Assembly: GCF_036971445.1 (NCBI RefSeq)
Contig: NC_091475.1
Location: forward strand, 26,536,001-26,600,000
DNA length: 64,000 nt
Source: Narcine bancroftii
Lineage: Eukaryota
Direction: 5' to 3'
Under the pieces are notes generated by a model. That model did not search any database, was not told where the DNA came from, and saw only the letters and a program-made list of their open reading frames with translations. A program made the position numbers and the translations under genes. This document shows, one piece after another, positions 39,071 through 51,029 of the stretch; within the stretch, counting starts at the first letter, position 1, and every line of letters starts with the position of its first letter.

Positions 39071-39299
39071 TGTTCAATGAAAGGGACATTTTAAAAATAT
39101 ATATTCTTTCTGCCCACATGAGATACCTCATGAAGTGTTCTTCAATAAAAATGGCTCTGCTGGGAGGGGTGGGGGGGGGTGGGGGTGGGAAGAGGGAGGG
39201 GAGGTTTTAAAAAATAAATAAATCGGCAAGCAACAGATGAAGCAGATATAAAAGGGTTGTGGCAATAAAAAAGAAAACAGGAAACAGTATTTAGTTGAG

Positions 39300-41555
39300 C
39301 ACTACACATTTTGAGCACGGCACAAGGAAGAGCTATGTCCTATAGAAAGTCAAAGTGGAGATTCCAGTGAGAATGGAAACAAGACACCCGAAAGCTGGGG
39401 CTGAGCCGAAATGACACAATCTGCTACAAAACAAAGTCCAGTGCAGAAGGAGAAGGCAAAGTTTCAATGCCTCTCTATCTGATCTGACCAATGAATGATT
39501 GAAGAATTGCTGCACCCACCCACATCCCCTGATGATGCTCTACCATGAGTAACTGAAGATGACATGGGAGAAGAGCGAATCCAAGGAAGCATTTGGTCCG
39601 GATGGAGAACCCGGCCAAGTACTGAAAATCTGTGCAACCAACTGGTAAATATATTCACAGATATCTTCAACATCACACTCCAACAAGGTGTGATAGCCAC
39701 CTGTTTCAAACAGGCCCAAGAAAAGTGTTATAAACTGACCAAACGACTATAGACCAATGGCACTCACATCCACAGTTGTGAAGTGTTTTGAAAGGCTGGT
39801 GTTAAAGCAATCTGCTCCTTTCAGGATCCATTCCAATTGGCCTACTGCAATAACAATCTATGGCAGATGCCATGTCATTGGCTCTATAAAAAGCCCTGAA
39901 ACACCTGGACAGCAAAGATACATACATCAGGATGCTCCTTACTGATAATATTTCAGCATTTATTACTATAATCCCCTCAAAACTAATCAGCAAACTCCAA
40001 GACCTGGGCCTCAATACCCAAATGTGCAATTGGATCTCAGATTTCCTCACTTTTATACATCGATCAAATCAGATTCTCAAGAACATCACCTCAACAATTT
40101 CCACGAGCACTGGAAAATCACATGGTGGCATACTTAACCCCTTGCTTTACACCTGTTACTGTGTGGCTCAATGCAGGGACAATACCATTTACAAATTTGG
40201 TGATGTTTTCACCATAATAGATTGCATAAAAAGGGGTGATGATTAATCAAACTGGTTCGGGAGGTTCCGAGTGACGACATGACATCATTTGGTACATGCG
40301 GAGGTTTAAAAAGCTGCGTGTGACTGTTTGAAAAAATGACTTTTACTGAACTTCACCTCGGCTACATCTGATCATTTTCTTGTTCTTCATTTCCGGCTAC
40401 AACACAGTGGCAACAGTACTAACAACAACCTCACACTCAATGTCACCAAGCATTTAGGAAAGGAAACTCGAGGTGGATGATCAGTGATCACTGAGGTATC
40501 AGAGGTGGGGAGGCTGGACAAATTTAAATCCCAGGGATTCACTGTCTGAGGATCTTTCCTGGATCCAACACATTAATGCCATTGTGAAGAAAGCACATCA
40601 GCACCTCGACTTCCTCAGGAGTTTGCAGGGGGTTTGGTACGACATTGTAAACCTTGATAAACCTCTACAGACGTGTAGTGGAAAGTATGCTAACCAGCTA
40701 CATCACAGCCTGGTACAGAGGCAGCAATGCCTCAGAGTGGAAAGCCCTACAAAAGGAAGTGGACACAGGAAAACTGTCCCCACCATTGAGAAAATCTACA
40801 TGGAATGCTGGTATCAGAGAGCATCAAGGATCCACACAACCCAGCACGTGCTCTGTTCTCGCTGCTGCCATCAGGAAAGAGGTCTAGGTGCCACAAGACT
40901 CACACCACCAGGTTCAGGAATAACTACAACCCCTCATCTATCAGATCCTCAAGGGACTCAATTAAGGACTTACTTTGCACATTATTTATTGCCGAATATT
41001 TTTTCGGCATTTGCAGTTTATTTAAATTTCTTTTGTGTCTGTGTGTGAGTGTATTTTATTGAGTACTGAACAGTTTACACTACCAATAAATAGAAAATAT
41101 ACCTGGCCTACAGCATAAAGAATCTTAGGATTGAAATAAAAAATTTAAAAAAAAAGATAAGATAAAGAGGAATAAGGATAAGAAGTGTGGTTATTGTCAT
41201 AGTTTGCAGAGCAGCATTAAATTTAAAGTACTGTTGAGTAACGGTCAGATTTGGAAATAACTATATCATCAGTCCGAGACATTTAACTCCAATTTGGAAC
41301 CGACCTCATTTGTTAGTTTGATAAAATTCACTCATGTTTTGGAAATGACTACCTGTTAGTCCAAGAAATTTAGCTCTAATTTGGAAACGACTGTGACTAG
41401 TCCAAGAAATTTCATACTCTAACTCAAAGGCTGATGACTAAAGTATAACCAATTTGGAAATGACTGCTTGCTGCTCCAATAAATTTAATGGACTTTTTTG
41501 GAAAAAAAAAGAATCTTAGGATTGCATGTACTCTGACAATTTGAACTTTGACTTT
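39300..41555 (+). mobile_element. Rex1/Babar LINE remnant with internal insertions
   Basis: IFTDIFNITL, ALTSTVVKCFERLV and IYKFGD motifs. The 3' tail is split by the TSD-flanked insert at 41134-41507. Confidence 0.85.
41134..41507 (+). mobile_element. Unclassified polyadenylated retro-insert with ~43-nt tandem repeats
   Basis: 17-bp TSD AAAGAATCTTAGGATTG (41117-41133 and 41508-41524), AATAAA at 41478-41483, and a short A tail. Confidence 0.8.
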
Positions 41556-41954
41556 CATATTTAATGGTGGAGGCCTGTTTCACGTGCTTCCATCATGTTG
41601 TCAGAACTCCTCGAGTAGTTTTTTTTTATTAAGTAGAGATCACATCAAACATTCGTATCTTTAATGCCTGTGGAAGGTTCGTTTCAAGGCCATAGTAACA
41701 TCAATAATGTATCTGTCATGGAAGAAGCAATGCCTTAGCATATTTAAGAAGCAGAGATTCGTAAACTGCAGATGTTAAATGTAGCACATTCTTTAAGTGT
41801 GGCAAGAAAAAAATTGGAAAATGCTCCACACGATGGTAAACGAAAACAAAGGATTCTGACAGGTGCAGCTTAGTTGCCAACAATCATTCATTTGTCTTAG
41901 TTTTATGGATTTAAGCTTCACTTCAGGAAACAGGCCACAAAAATAATGGTCGCT

Positions 41955-42240
41955 CATACTTGGCCTTTCAGATGACACAGTAAACAAAGGCCTCATCAGT
42001 GCTCTCTGATGGGCATAAAAGATGCCACTTTCAAGAAAGCATAGGAATATCAATGGTGTCCTCACCAACCCATATCCCTCACACTGCACAACGAAATTAG
42101 ATATTACTTCATTGCTATTTGAAGAGCCTGCTGGGTGCAAATTAACTCCCAGGTTTCCTGTATTGCTACTGTTCACTTTTCATATTGGCTGTAAAATTAT
42201 TTTGCAACATTGTGAATTGTGAAAAGCAAATCTTCCTTTA
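41955..42240 (+). mobile_element. Deu-domain SINE (AmnSINE1/SacSINE1-related), decayed
   Basis: ctttcagatgacacagtaaacaaaggcc...taaaagatgcca...ggtgtcctcaccaac..atccctca...gcaaatt...ttggctgtaaa follows the Deu domain and tail order as I recall it. Confidence 0.7.
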
Positions 42241-42320
42241 TATTTCCAAATGTTGCTGTAATCTAAACATTAAAGCTCGACATAACAATCAAAATTAATT
42301 TAATAGAATATCAATGATAA

Positions 42321-42928
42321 TACTGGACTACAATTTTTTCCCCCCCCAAAAGATTTGCTTCCTGAAAAAAAAATTGGGGATTATGATAGACAACTTCAAT
42401 CTGAACACAAAGATAATTTCAGATTTGCTGCATCATGTAGGAAGATGGAGAAATATTAAGTTTTATTGAATTGAACATGTTAAATCGCATAACGGTTGTG
42501 TTAATTCAACTGACCCAAACATGTTTTGCCACTGATTTTTGTTTGTACTCAGCATCTGACTCCTCTCATGCCGGTGTCCAACAATAGTCAGCCAGCATTG
42601 TTAGATTCCAGTTGCCCCTATACCATTTTTCCATGATCGCAATGCCCTGATAAAAACCGTTCCCCATGTTCGTCACTAACTGCACCAAGATCAGCAGGGA
42701 AGAAGTCCAAGAGTGAATGTAGAAAATTAATTTTCAATTACATGGTTTTGTACGCTAGAAGCATGTTAAAAATGACAGGAAATCACAAATATAGGTTATA
42801 GATGTATTTTTATTATATAAAAGGTACGAGATAAGAAAACTTTTGTGATTTTCGTGATCAACATCCCAAAATCCACAAAATACCTACACCCAAAAGTGTT
42901 CACATAGCAAAATCTTTGTTGTCCAGTG
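42321..42928 (-). mobile_element. Chapaev3-like non-autonomous DNA transposon, copy 2
   Basis: TAA on both flanks and (C>T)ACTGGAC...GTCCAGTG termini. The reverse strand encodes LDFFPADLGAVSDEHGERF...MEKWYRGNWNLTMLADYCWT. Confidence 0.8.
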
Positions 42929-43739
42929 TAATTAGATAGAATATCACTATCACAAATCCATTCACAGTGATGTTGATGACCGTAGGATTATTTTGGTTCA
43001 AGGGTCACTACAGTATGCCCAGCCCATTCCTGCACCAAATGATCTTTAACCTCAACCTGCCAGGACTGTTCTCTGCTGGAAATTCAGCTCATCTCTACAA
43101 AGAGAGCAATTTTGAATCACCCACCTCACCAGCAGTGCCCCTTGGATGAGTATTTGGGCATTCAGCTTGGGATCAGTGTGGGTGCGTCGAGGGAATGGTG
43201 GAACATTTTACTGATAGAATTGTGAGTGAACATACAACTCTGCTCCACTTGAATGCATTCCTTCATTAAAGCAATTTGCATTTCCCCCAATCTCCTCAAC
43301 ATCAAAAGGCAAAATAAGTTGTACAGGCCGATTTCTTAGTGGGATTCATTGAACAACATTGTGCCCATTATTCATGTGGTAAGGATCCCAGTCCCTGGTT
43401 CAAATACCTATCCATGATGCTTCAGAAAAATTGATCCAAGAAATGAATGGGTAACCCACCCACTGCTCAACTGGAATACATATGATGGGAATACCTCAAA
43501 GGAGTTTCAACTCAGAGACCTTTTGGGGAAGAAAAAATAAAGAGGTTAAAAAAAAATTCAAGGACTGAGACAGATCCTTGTATTAATTATCCCAGGTGTG
43601 AACTTATGAATATTGTAATCCTTCTCTGAGTGCATTCATGTTTCCTTGACAACTTGATGACAAAATAAAAACATTAGAATACATGTCCTATGAATCTTTT
43701 CATATCCAACACTATTGTTCTGGATTCTACTGGCCTAAT

Positions 43740-44830
43740 TTTTTTCTTTCCAATATTTTAATGGAGTTTTATATAAACACACACACCAATAAGAATCTAT
43801 ATCCAATGAATATTAACAAATAGCTGTAAACGACCCATGACAGACAAAAAAAAACCAAATTTTTATAAAACAAAAACTATTCTAATAATCTAACCCTTCC
43901 CTTGTGAAGTTACAATGAAACATACATGTTCCATTAACACATGAAAGAAAGGATAATCAAACCATAAAATGGGATCAAATCATCTTATAAATTCTGAAAA
44001 TAATTAAGAAAATGACCCCATAAATTAAAAAAGTTAAATTTCATTACATTAGTAGAGCATCTAATTTCCCCCCACCCCCCATCCCAGAGTCAAGCACATT
44101 GAATATGTGTAGGAGGGATAGCATCCTTCCATTTCATAGGTATAGGTCTTCTGGCAATAAGAAGAGCAAAGGCAACTTCATGGGATTGTAGCCCAGATAA
44201 ATTTAAATCAGTTGACTTACTTGTTCCAAATAGGGCAAGGATTAGGAGCCAAATTAATATTAAGAACTAAAGACAAGGTACGGAAGATACTTTGCCAATA
44301 ATTGAAAGCAAGTAACATCACCAAAACATGAAATAATATACCTTCTTCAGTCTTACATCTATCACATTTTGATGAGAAATTAGAATAAAATTTAGCCAAC
44401 TGAACTTTAGAGAAGTAAGCTCGATATATTATTTTAAATTGCAATAACGAATGTCGTGCACATAAAAAGATGAATTTACCAATTTCAAGATAGAATCCAA
44501 TGTAGTCTCAGAAAATTCTTGTAACCATCATTTCTTAGCCTTGTCCAGGGAATCACCACTACACATCCATATTAGCTCAGAACTGATAACAACTTTTTAG
44601 TATTTGGTTTAAAATTATAAATCTTCTCTATCATTGTTCATTCCAAATCTTGAGGGAGTTTTAATACCAATGAATTTAAAAAGGTCCTAATCTGTAAATA
44701 TTTTAAGAATGATGTTTAAATATTTTAAATTTATAAGATAATTGTTTAAAAGAGGCCAAATTTTGGTCAATAAAGCAATCTTGAAAGATTGGATATCAAA
44801 CTGGCCTAATTTTAGTTTGGCATTTCTTAA
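43740..44830 (-). mobile_element. L1/Tx1 ORF2 C-terminal fragment and 3' tail
   Basis: QFKIIYRAY...KCDRCK...FH zinc-knuckle region, with a poly(T) tract at the left end. Confidence 0.75.
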
Positions 44831-44959
44831 ACACTAACTCAACTGGGAGCTCAAATCATCATTGATTCCTTCATAATAATGACAAATGGAGAATGACTGC
44901 CAAATTCCAAATTTTTCTGGTGCTAGAATTATACTGTGAATCTGAAGTTAAAAGAATTT

Positions 44960-45450
44960 AAGATTTAAAGACATGGAATATAGAGACAGAGGTAGGGGAA
45001 GGCGACGGGGGTGGGGGAAGAAGTGTGTGGGGGAAGAAGTGTGTGGGGGAAGAAGTGTGTGGGGGAAGAAGTGTGTGGGGGGGGTTTAAAGAAAAACAGA
45101 GAAGTTGATGTTAATGCCATCCAGTTGGAGGGTGCCCAGTCGGAAGCTGAGGTGCTGTTTCTCCAATTTGGAGGTGGTCTCAGTCTAGCAGTGCATGAGA
45201 CCATGGACAGAAGTGTCAGAGAGGGATGAAGAACTGAAATGGGTGGCCACTGGGAGATCCATGCTATTGTGGCGGACAGAGCCAAGACGCTCAACAAAGC
45301 GATCTCCAAGTCTGCGTCCGGACTCTCCAATGTAGAGGAGACCACAACAAGAGCACTAGATGCAGTAGATTACCACTGCAGATTCACAAGTGAAATGTTG
45401 TTTCACTTGGAAGGACTGTTTAGGATCCCCAATGGTGGTGAGGGAGGAAG
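44960..45450 (-). mobile_element. Penelope-like element, GIY-YIG endonuclease fragment
   Basis: The reverse strand reads IYCI*CSCCGLLYIGESGRRLGDRFVERL...DLPVATHF...KQHLSFRLGTLQ. Confidence 0.9.
45009..45083. repeat. G-rich tandem repeat (GTGGGGGAAGAAGTGT-like, ~4 units)
   Basis: Directly visible. Confidence 0.9.
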
Positions 45451-45459
45451 TCAAGTCGT

Positions 45460-46065
45460 CAACTTTTATTGTTCATACCATGCTCACACAGTAGGATGAG
45501 ATAGCGTTTCTCCAGGACTATGGAGCGTCTTTATATAGTTGGAAGTTAGGAAAACAGTTAACACGTGAAAATATTAGGTACTGAAAGTCCATAATACACT
45601 CTCCACATCCACATTGTAAGTTCAGGAACCTGTTGGCTTGGGGGGAAAAAATTTGTTTCCAACTCTGGACACAAGGATTCAAGTGATACAGTACCTCTTG
45701 CCGGTGGCAGAAGGGAGAACAGTTTACATGTAGGATGTGTGGAGTCTTTCACAATGCTTATTGCTTTCTGCCTGAATCGAGTGTAGTAGATGTCCTTCAT
45801 GCTAGAAAGAGGTTCTCCAATAGTCTTTTCTGCTGATTTCACTATCCTCTGCAGGGTCTTGTGGTCCGAGGTGGTACAGCTTTTCAAACCAGGTGATGAT
45901 ATAGTTGCACAGGATGCTCTCAATACATCCTCTGTAGGATGTAATGATAATGGAGGGTGGGAGACGGACGTTATTTAGCCTCTCAGGAAGCAGAGGCACT
46001 GCTGGGCTTTCTTGGCTATGGAGTTAGTGTTAAAGGACTAGGAGAGATTCTCTGCCAGGTGCGGG
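45460..46065 (-). mobile_element. Rex1-type LINE 3' fragment
   Basis: YRGCIESIL, LQRIVKSAEK and KLFSLLP motifs. Confidence 0.8.
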
Positions 46066-46564
46066 CACAAAAGTATTTGTTCTGGTACCTTTTCCCCTAT
46101 TTTATCTAGCTCTATCTTAGTCCAATCTGGTTTTTCCCTTGTCTGATAAAAAATCTGATAAATACCTTATTTGTGCTGCTCTATAATAATTTTCAAAGTT
46201 TGGTAACTGCAAACCACCTTGGTTGTACCTCTCTGTTAATAAGATTCCACCTGCATTGAATTCGCCCATCGTTATTGAATGAAGATCTACCGGGACCAAT
46301 GCCTGAAGAGGGTGCACAAAATCAGTGAACCGGTGCAGACTCGAAAGGCCAACATGGCCTGTTTCCGCTCCGTAAATGGTTATATGGTTAAGTGGAGCAT
46401 TTCCTATGTTCACAGAAGTAGGTCCAAAGGGGACACATCATGGGGAGGGAGGAGTGGACAAAGGAGTCAAGGTGGGACTGGTCTCCCCCCCCACCGCTGA
46501 ATTACTCTGCACCGGCAACCCTTGCCCGCATTCCTTACTGACATGCGCTGTCAGTGCCAAGCCC

Positions 46565-47098
46565 TTATTTACTTTCTACAGATGTGTGGTGGAAAGTGTG
46601 CTGACCGGCTGCATCACAGTCTGGTATGGGGGACACCAATATCTGAGCATAAAGCTCTGCTAAATGTAGTGGACACAGCCCAGGACATCACAGGCAAAAC
46701 CCTCCCCACCACTGAGAACATCTGCAGGGAACGTTGCCGTCAGAGAGCAACAGGAATCAAGGATCCAGATCACCCAGCACATGCTCTATTCTTACTGAAA
46801 GAGTTCAAGGTACCACAACACTTACACCCCCAGGTTCAGGAACAGCAGCTACCCCTCCACCATCAGACTCCTCAACCACAAACTTAATCAGGGACTCTCA
46901 CTTTTACACTTTATTGATTTTTTTCAATATAGTGATTGAAAAAATTCCTATTTTTCATTCTCTGAACTGCCCAATTTGTTTACATGTGTACATGGAGTAC
47001 AGTTTTTTGCACTACCATTACCTGGTAATTCTGCCTCACCTGCAGGAAAAAGAATCTCAGGGTTGTATGTGATATCTTTAAATTTGGGACTTTAAATT
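46565..47098 (+). mobile_element. Rex1-type LINE 3' fragment with tail
   Basis: FYRCVVESVLTGCITVWYG motif and the aaagaatctcagggttg tail. Confidence 0.85.
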
Positions 47099-47329
47099 TG
47101 GGACATGGAGAATTCTTGTCAGACTGCCATCAGAAATTCATCTCCATTCTACACCTGCTCCACAAGGGCACGCAAACCATAATTGTAACCGAGCCTCTTC
47201 CCCTCAGTCCTAATGCAGGGTCCTGTCCCAAAATGCCAACTTTCACCATTTGCCTCCACTCATGCTGCTTGACCTGCTGAGCTCTTGCAGCATTCTAGTT
47301 TTGTTCAAGAAACATCAGTGGGCATGCAC

Positions 47330-48450
47330 ACACGTGGGAGGGAGCAACAAAAGGAAGGGTTAACTGAAATTGGAAAATTCAATGTTCATACCATTGAGTT
47401 GTCGGTTACCCAGGAAGAAAATGAGAAGACATTCGGCTGATTTAGCCTCTCCATCACCATGGAAAAGGCCAAGGACAAACAGGTGAGTATGGGAAAGTCC
47501 TTACAGACAGAAGAGGGGTACTCGGCAAGAGAGGTACCCTAGGGTAGCCACATGGAATCTGATGGTGAAGAAGTAGCAGCTGTTCCTGAACCTGGTGGCA
47601 CAGGACTTGTGGCACCTATCCCTCTTTTGAATTGGTAGGAGTGAGAACAGAGCGGATGCTGGGTGGTGTGGATCCTTGATGATTGCTGCTGCTCTCCGAT
47701 GGCAGCATTTCCTGCAGATGTTCTCCATGGTGGGGAGGGTTTTGCCTGTGATATCTTGGAGGAGGAGGCCACGTGGAGAGCATCTGAATGATGTAGGCCA
47801 GATTGGAAAAGTTGCAGATGAATCTCTGCCTCATCTGAAAGGGCTGTTTTGATCTTTTGATGGTGGGAGGTGAAGGAAAAAAGTGTGACACCTGCCATGT
47901 TTGCAAGGAGAAATGTCAGGAGACAGGAAGTAGTGCATGGGAAGGGATGAGTGGAGCAAGGAATTACAAAGAAAGTGGTTCCTGTTGAAAGGAGGAAAAA
48001 GGAGAGGGTGGACGAGGGGAGTGGTCGACTGGTGTTGAAATCACATTAGAAGCAGCATGGTTAGTGTTGCAGCTAGTGCGACACTGCCACAGCGCCAGCG
48101 ATCAGGACTGGGGTTAGAATCCCATTCTCCCCATATCTGTGGGTTTTCCCCAGGTACTCCGGTTTCCTCCCACTGTTTGAAACAGTCAATTTGGTGTAAT
48201 TGGGCGGAATGGGCTCATGGGCCGAAATTTTTTTTTTAAATTAGACCTGATGGAAAAGACAAAGGATGGTAAGCTGATGTGGAATCTGGTGGGGATGAAA
48301 GGTGAAGAAAAGTGAGAATGGATTTTCAGGAAATGTGTGCGAAGTCTTTATAAAGTATAGAAGAGGAGAAGCGATGTTTCAGGAAGAAGGAGGATATTTT
48401 CAGAAGTGCCTGAACCAAACTTCATCTTGACGACAGATGTGACTGAGATG
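47330..48450 (-). mobile_element. Penelope-like remnants with a nested Rex1 fragment (~47560-47755) and a SINE (~48053-48240)
   Basis: TIKRSKQPFQMRQRFICNFSNLAYII is a PLE pre-GIY motif. RRAAAIIKDPHHP is Rex1-type. Confidence 0.65.
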
Positions 48451-48664
48451 AAAAAAAAAACGAGGATTGGCTACTTCTCCTCCTCCATCTCAGTCCTGAT
48501 GCAGGGTTTAAAATCAGTAATTTCACCTTATAATTTTGCCTCCTTAGATGCTGTTTGACCTATTGATTTCTTCCAGTTTACACTCCCTCTCCCCACCGCC
48601 CCCAGATTCAAGCAACTGCAGTCTCTTTTATTCTTGCATGTTGAATTGATTTTGAATTGAGATT

Positions 48665-48900
48665 AGCACGGTTGACGCAGGGGTTAGCACAACACCTTTA
48701 TACCGCCAGCGATTGGGACTGGGGTTCAAATCCCGCGCTCTCTGTAAGGAGCTTGTATGTTCTCCCCATGTCTGCACAGGTTTTTCCCAGGGGCTCCGGT
48801 TTCCTCCCACTGTTCGAAAAGTACCAGGGTATAGGTTAACTAGGTGTAAATTTGGCAGCACAGACTTGAGGGCTAAAATGGCCTGTAAATTTAAAAACTA
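48665..48900 (+). mobile_element. HE1/V-SINE-type SINE
   Basis: B box ggttcaaatcc and V-domain ttgtatgttctccccatgtctgcacagg...ctccggtttcctcccac. Confidence 0.85.
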
Positions 48901-50749
48901 AGTTTAAAATTTTCAAAAAATCATTTTAAAAATAGATTTTTTTTATTTTCACATGTAAAAAAAGGTCTGTGGGCCATAATAATAAAACAAACAGTGTAGG
49001 GAGTAAATAGTACAGGGTATAAAAAAGTTTAAAACAGTGCAAAGGTCTCATCTTTTCCCAGTGAGAGATCAATTTAGAGTCTGATAGTAGCAGGAAACAA
49101 CCTGTCCTTGAATTTGGAGATTTGTGTTTTCAGACATGCAGACAGAGTCAATGGAGGGGAGGGAGGCTGGTTCATGTGATGGTGATGTAAAAATGTTCAA
49201 CCAATGTTGTTTCCACATCAGAACCAAGGCCAGTCCTCCCTTGGCCACCAAGTTGCAGTGCAGTCTGCTCCTGAACAATAACGAACCATGACAAAAGATC
49301 CCAGAAAATAAGATTGCTTCCTGTATCTGGAGAACCACCTCTCAGCACAGGAAGATAACAATAATGAAATTCATGGTCAATCTTGTTCTCCTCCCCCCCC
49401 CCCCCCCGCTTGAAATCTTCAAAGATATGGACAAAGTATAGAGCACGCCACAAAACTCCAATTAGATACCACCAACACAACAGGAGGTGACTATCTTCAG
49501 TACTGCTCATCTGCCCCATCTGTGAAAGTGTCTGCAAATTCCTTAATGGCCTCATCAGTTACCCTGGAATACAGAGAACAGGCAGATGCAAGTTGTGCTT
49601 GACCTTCAGGGGCTTCCCAAGATGAAAAGACTTTCTCTGCGTATCATGTTAAGACTGGCTTTGAACTTCAGAACCACTTATATTTGCTGTCATATTGTCA
49701 TGAACAAAAAGCATAAATAAATCCAACCATCTTGGGGCCAGGGCTGCAGTACCACAAGTCAATACCAAAGATGGACTTCCCTATCTGATAGCTTCCCATA
49801 AACAACTCTACTGTTTGCAAAAAATAGGTCACGTGTGGCAGGCCCTTCACATTCTGTAACTAAAGGAGGCAGTTTGATGGCTGAAAAGAGAGATTCCAAA
49901 TGAAATAGATAAAAGAGCCTTTAATATTACTTCAAACAGCTGTGTGATGGCTGCTGCCTGAGAGTGGCTCTGTGTCTCCATTCCACTGCACAGTAAACCA
50001 AAGCTGACAACCATCCAACATCGACATTTATAATTAGGCCTTCTCATTAGTGAAAAGTGGAAGTTAGAGAAAAGCAGGCAGACAACCCAATTGACACAGA
50101 GTCCTCCAGAGAACAAATGCACAAGAGCTCCAGATAGCAAAGGGCATAACTAATCAAGGACAGAATCCTGATTTTTCCCTGTTGCAAGCACAGTATGATG
50201 GACTCAAAATGTTATTAAATCCTGTGGTAATCTATTGAATCCCATGTTTTAAACAAGGGACCAAACCCAAATTATTCACCATTGAACACATGCTCCATTC
50301 TGTGTCAAGTTAATTATACTCTTCATTATTTCCTCTCATTTAAGTTGTAATTTGGATAGGCAGTGAGACATTTTAAATTGACACCGTGGGTGCTGACTGC
50401 AGTGAGCAGCTGAAGACCCTATAAAAGTACGGATCTGTACATCTTGAGGTGTCATAACTAAGAACCACATAAATACACTTTGGTAGATGTAACATATGAA
50501 AGAGATTTTAATTACCAGATTTTTAATTGGTTTTACCTCTGCTAAGATGTAATAAATTCTTAGCATTAACGACAGGATTTTCCAAGTCTCAATGAGAGAA
50601 ATAATTAATATTGATAATCATGTGGTAAATGACAAATTTGGGTTTACTTCAAAAGGGTACTGGTTTATTTGATCCTTCAAGAACTACAAACAGGTCTGGT
50701 ATAAATGAAGAACAAAAAAAATACTAGTACTGTTTTATAGATTTGAACT

Positions 50750-51025
50750 TATAAAAGGCAGCATGAAAACAGGCTGCTCAGCCAACTGATCCATGCCGAC
50801 CAGTGGACACTCATCTGTGTTAACCCCCAGTTGCCCAGCACTTGGACCATAGCCCTCTATGCCTAAGCAATTCAAATGCTTAACAAGACACCTCTTAAAA
50901 TGCTGTCGGTAACCCAGCTTCAACCACTGCCTCAAGCAGTGCATTCAAGGTACTCATCACTGACTGGATGAAGAAGATCCCCCTTATATCCCCCATAGAT
51001 CTCTTCCCCCTTGTCCCAAATCTAT
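50750..51025 (-). mobile_element. CR1 3' end fragment
   Basis: Reverse complement of a CR1 3' UTR (gaggg.tatggtccaagtgctgggc...gtcggcatggatcagttgg). Confidence 0.7.
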
Positions 51026-51029
51026 GTAA

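Noticed and set aside
39160-39206. Functional G-quadruplex
   Set aside because: G/C homopolymer runs are common throughout the window and nothing singles this one out.
41411-41465. Hammerhead ribozyme (CTGATGA at 41431, GAAA at 41457)
   Set aside because: Stems I and II are weak and mismatched and the usual G-C pair closing stem II is absent, so it is probably chance.
41249-41500. CRISPR-like repeat-spacer array
   Set aside because: The units are degenerate with only short variable loops, there are no cas genes, and the context is a vertebrate TSD-flanked retrocopy.
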